This document shows, one piece after another, positions 60,214 to 64,000 of a stretch of 64,000 nt of DNA. The notes below the pieces were generated by a model. It saw only the letters and a list, made by a program, of their open reading frames with translations. It was not told where the DNA came from and ran no database searches. The number at the start of each line of letters is the position of its first letter. Positions within the stretch are counted from its first letter, which is position 1. A program made the position numbers and the translations under genes. Source of the DNA: Tricharina praecox (lineage: Eukaryota); NCBI RefSeq assembly GCF_024521635.1, contig NW_026250409.1, forward strand, positions 1,240,001 to 1,304,000. Reading direction: 5' to 3'.

Positions 60214-62171
60214 AGAGCGGGCGCGAATTTCTTTTTCTCTTTGCGCGCCGAGGAGCGACACAATTCTTTGTACGCGCGCGAAAGGGACACATATCATCAT
60301 GCCTGCATATCCCATGTTACCCACAAAATGCCGATTGGGAGAGAAAAAAAAGAGCCGAAAATCAAAATTGGAGGAAAATACTGTGAATCCTTACCCCGAG
60401 TGTGGTCCAGTCCAGTCCAATCATCAAATCCAACCGCAGTGCTGGCAAGGAATCATATTTCTTTGCCGCGCCCCTGCCCTACATACATTATGTATTTGGG
60501 TACCTACGCGAGGATATGCCCGCCGTCCGTCCATCGATCATCGCAGCAGCAGATACCGCCTCTAAGCAGGTACAGATTAACATACGTTTCTGCATTCTGC
60601 ATTCTGTGGCTCTAGGTACATCCATACCTTGGGATGATTACAAAGGAAATCCCCGATAAATTGCTCTGGCTTGTTTGAATGCGCTCGCAGGGCTCGTAGA
60701 TAAGCGGCATTCCCCTGCCCAATAGTGTTGCAACGTGCTGGCCCCGACATGCACGCACCCGCCCAATGACATCTACCAAGAGAGCGGCACGTGATGGATC
60801 AGATGTGTCCAGGTGATATAATAGAGTAAAACAAATGCCACGGGAGGAGATAAGTGAGGTCATTGAAGAACGCGAGGTGCTTGGGAGGGGGTACGAGTGA
60901 TGCCGTGTGACAGGTGAGGGGTTATCATTGAGCTTCCGCGGATGGTAACCAGATATCCGGAATCGATATCGGCGTAGGATCGGGAATGGATGGACACTTA
61001 CCACCTAGGGAAACGTTGGATCGAGCAGTAAAGCGGTCACAAGATGAACCAACCCCGCAGAGAGCTCGACGTTCCCCTCAAGAGTCAACCATCCGCCCCG
61101 CATTCTGGAGTGGATACCGGCAGACGAGCAGCGAAGCACAGGCCGCAAGTGGTAGTTCCTATGTACTAGTTCTCACTGCCCGCCTCCGCCCATCCAATAC
61201 TCCCAAACCGAGGTTACAGGATCGTCAGTGAGCATGACTGTACCGTACTGACATGTGCGAGTGGTTGGACGAGTTCGCACTCGATGTATCCCGAGCCGCC
61301 TGGCGGATGTGTATTCTGTTCTTGTGCGCCACACCGAGCCAGGGAAGTGTACTGTGAACAGGAAGCGGGGAGACTAAAAGTACGCCATTGTAGTCGCACA
61401 TGGGCGGAATAACTGTACGAGTGATACAAATCAACCATCCAATCCGTTGTTGCGCTGGTTGAAGAAGTGTAACCTTGTGTACTAGATTTCCTGAGAAGAA
61501 TGGATATTAGTAGGACTTGCTTAGGTGGAACAGTGAGGAGAACAAGGAGTGGGAGGAGGAACCGGAGCAAGATAGGGTGAGCGAGTCGTCTTGGTGGATG
61601 ACTAGGAAGAGAATAAGACACTCACCCTACCTATCGTTTCGAGCCATCAAAGGGGGTGTTGAGGAGAGGGATGTTCAGTTCAGTGCGGAATTCGTCTCTG
61701 ATCACCATTGCTGGGTCGAGCCCCTAATTAGGCATTGGCTCAATAGTAATTGATGTTTTAATCCTATCTCATCCTCATCGCCGCATCCCCACCCTCGCAC
61801 CCAGTCCCAAGTACAGTCGTCTGGAGGGAACAAACCCGTAGAAACGGAGATTACAAACAAGTACCTATGCATGCTGGGTCTAGTATCAAATTTACACTTG
61901 AACTTGGGCGCAAAATGAGATACATGAAGAGATGTGATTGAGAAGATGTGCAGAAAGAAAGACGAAGAAATGAAGCAATCGGTATGTAGTATTCGCATTC
62001 AATCGAGCATAGCCGTACAGCTTGCAGGGGAAGAGAAACTTGCTAAAAAGCAAAGGTAAGAGTAGGCAGAATTATCAAGAGAACTCATGAAGAGAAACAT
62101 GAAGAGAAAAAGAAGAGTGCAAGCAGGAAACGCCAAACGCCACTGTGTCCGTGTCGATCGCTTCAAGTTTC

Positions 62172-63804
62172 TTACACACCATTGTAGTAATCGTTGTAAT
62201 ATTTGACCCGCTGGTCAAATATGCAGCCGATGTCTTCTCCCTTGCGAACGATTCGGATCGTCTTCCAGGCATTGCCGTTTGGGAGTCTCTCCGGGCCCGT
62301 ACCATTCTCCTTGCAGAGCAAGGTCTCAAGAGCCTGGAGGCTCATGACATTCTTGATGATCTTGTCAGGTACATCATCCGTATGCCATTCAGCAGTACCA
62401 GGGGGGTAGCTGAAGTTGAGCGTGCCTTCTTCTTTGCCCATAGCCTCCAACTGCAAAAACCATTAGTCAAGTGCAATCGAAGACTAGAATGAATCACTTA
62501 CGATGGCGTCTTTTCGAATGACCAGACCTCCCGTAAAGTGTCTGCGCATACTGAACACGTCGCCGATCTTGAAGACAGAGGTCTTGATCATCTCCGCGAG
62601 CTTGATTTTGCTGCTCTCTCCAGCAATGGCTTCCGTGTATAGTTTCTGTTTCTCTCCCCAGAACACCTCAAAGTTCTCCTCCTTCCAGGAATCAAATTCA
62701 CCAGCCAACCTCCTTTTTCTAGCATCGGCAGCCTTGGCGAGATACTCCGGCTCGTACTTGCCTTGACAAAGGTCTTCCTGGTAATTGCACACGCCCTCCA
62801 TGAAAAAAGAGTCGTCGAACACGACCGGATTGATGATGGGCTTGCCATCAGGAACGGTGACATCGGAATTCGCCGGGTAGATTATGTCTTCAGCCGGAAG
62901 AAGCGCGATGAGCGAATCGTACTCCTCGTCAGTCAAATTCTTGCGGTTGAGAACCTTAGGATTAAGGAGCCTCTGCATCGCACACATATCAGCAAACTTC
63001 TTTGAACGCGCAGTAAGAAGGAACACAAACCGAAAGATCCCCTAGAGCGAAAGGAGAGAATCGAGTAGCTAAGTTTTCCGGCTGCCACAACTCTTTCTTG
63101 GTGAGCTTCTTGGGCTGCGGCTCGGCGGTAGCCTTTTTCTGGGTCTTCGACTCGGCCTTCGCCTTACCCTTAGGTTTGGCCTTCGACTCGGCCTTAGCCT
63201 TGTCTTGGGCCTTACCCTTAGGTTCGGTCTTGGAATTCTTCGATTTGGGCCCGGTCTTAGAAACGACCGTAGCCTCGGGGCCAGGTGTAGCCTCAGCGGA
63301 AGTGTTGCAAGCGGCTACGCTCTTGGAAGGAGTACGAGCACGAACGCGACCTGAACGACGAACGGGAGAGTCTTCCTCCGCGAGTAGAGCGGCAAACACT
63401 TCGTCCGGAGTGGCGGTATGAGTCTTGACCCTCGCCGGAGTCTTCTTGGAAGTGACACGTTTCTTTCCAGCCTGATTCTTCTTCTTCGTAGCTCCTCTGC
63501 GACCCTTGGGATTGTAGCCGTCTAAATCATCTCCTTGATCATCTTCGTTCTTCCACTCCTTCTCGTCAACATTTCCACTGTCGTCCACCCCTCCACCCTT
63601 CTCAACGATCGCAAGTCTGGCGCGCTTGGGCGACGGCGCGGTCAGAGTGGTGTCGCCGACATCGATCATCTTGTCGTTGTCGTCGCTGCCGCTGTGCGTG
63701 GCGTTTTCTGCTGTGATCTTGTCGCCATGGTCGCTGGGAGAGGGAGAATGAGTGCGCTTGCGACTCTCCGCAGACATCGGTGCAGAGACTTGGAGCTCGT
63801 CCAT
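62172..63804 (-). CDS. ASX homology (ASXH/DEUBAD) domain protein; exons 63804-63031, 62972-62502, 62450-62172
   Basis: After a K-rich disordered N-terminus: LWQPENL..SPF, LIALLP, YQEDLCQGKYEPEYLAKAADA..RRLAGEFDSWKEENFEVFWGEKQK. Introns 63030-62973 and 62501-62451. Confidence 0.8.
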
Positions 63805-64000
63805 CGTCGTGTCCGGATGAGTCGCTGGTGATTATCGTAGTGGAGTACGACGTACGTTGTGAGACGTCGTGGGTGATCGTGGTGTGGTTTAAGGTGGATG
63901 TGGGAGGTAGCGGGGCAGTGATGGTAGATCTGGGGTAGGGAGACGCGACGCAACACTGTCCTACCGTGTCGGCTGCTCTAACGTGGGATTCGCTTAAAAC

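Overview
Eukaryotic fungal genomic DNA from a filamentous ascomycete (Pezizomycotina; Pezizomycetes is my low-confidence guess). It has short GT-AG introns with CTAAC/CTGAC-type branch points. Recognisable genes: Derlin (DER1-like), a Zn2Cys6 transcription factor, a PNRC/Edc-motif decapping activator, centromeric histone CenH3/CSE4 convergent with the cohesin loader MAU2/SCC4, SMI1/KNR4, HTD2, VPS68, a nitroalkane oxidase, an HSL-family alpha/beta hydrolase, a DUF829/TMEM53-like protein, an ALR1-type CorA Mg2+ transporter, SPC1 and an ASXH/DEUBAD protein. There are also several orphan ORFs. Features missing from the ORF track: a decayed HeLo-like/STAND-N-terminal gene (about 29.9-31.0 kb), a 151-bp TA-flanked MITE, 9-nt and 18-nt microexons, a possible zero-nucleotide-exon (AG|GT) intron pair in SMI1, a spliced orphan gene with 52-aa repeats, and a C-rich to G-rich gradient within genes. 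No tRNA, rRNA or CRISPR could be supported. I found no clearly novel multi-gene system; family calls come from recalled motifs, not database searches.
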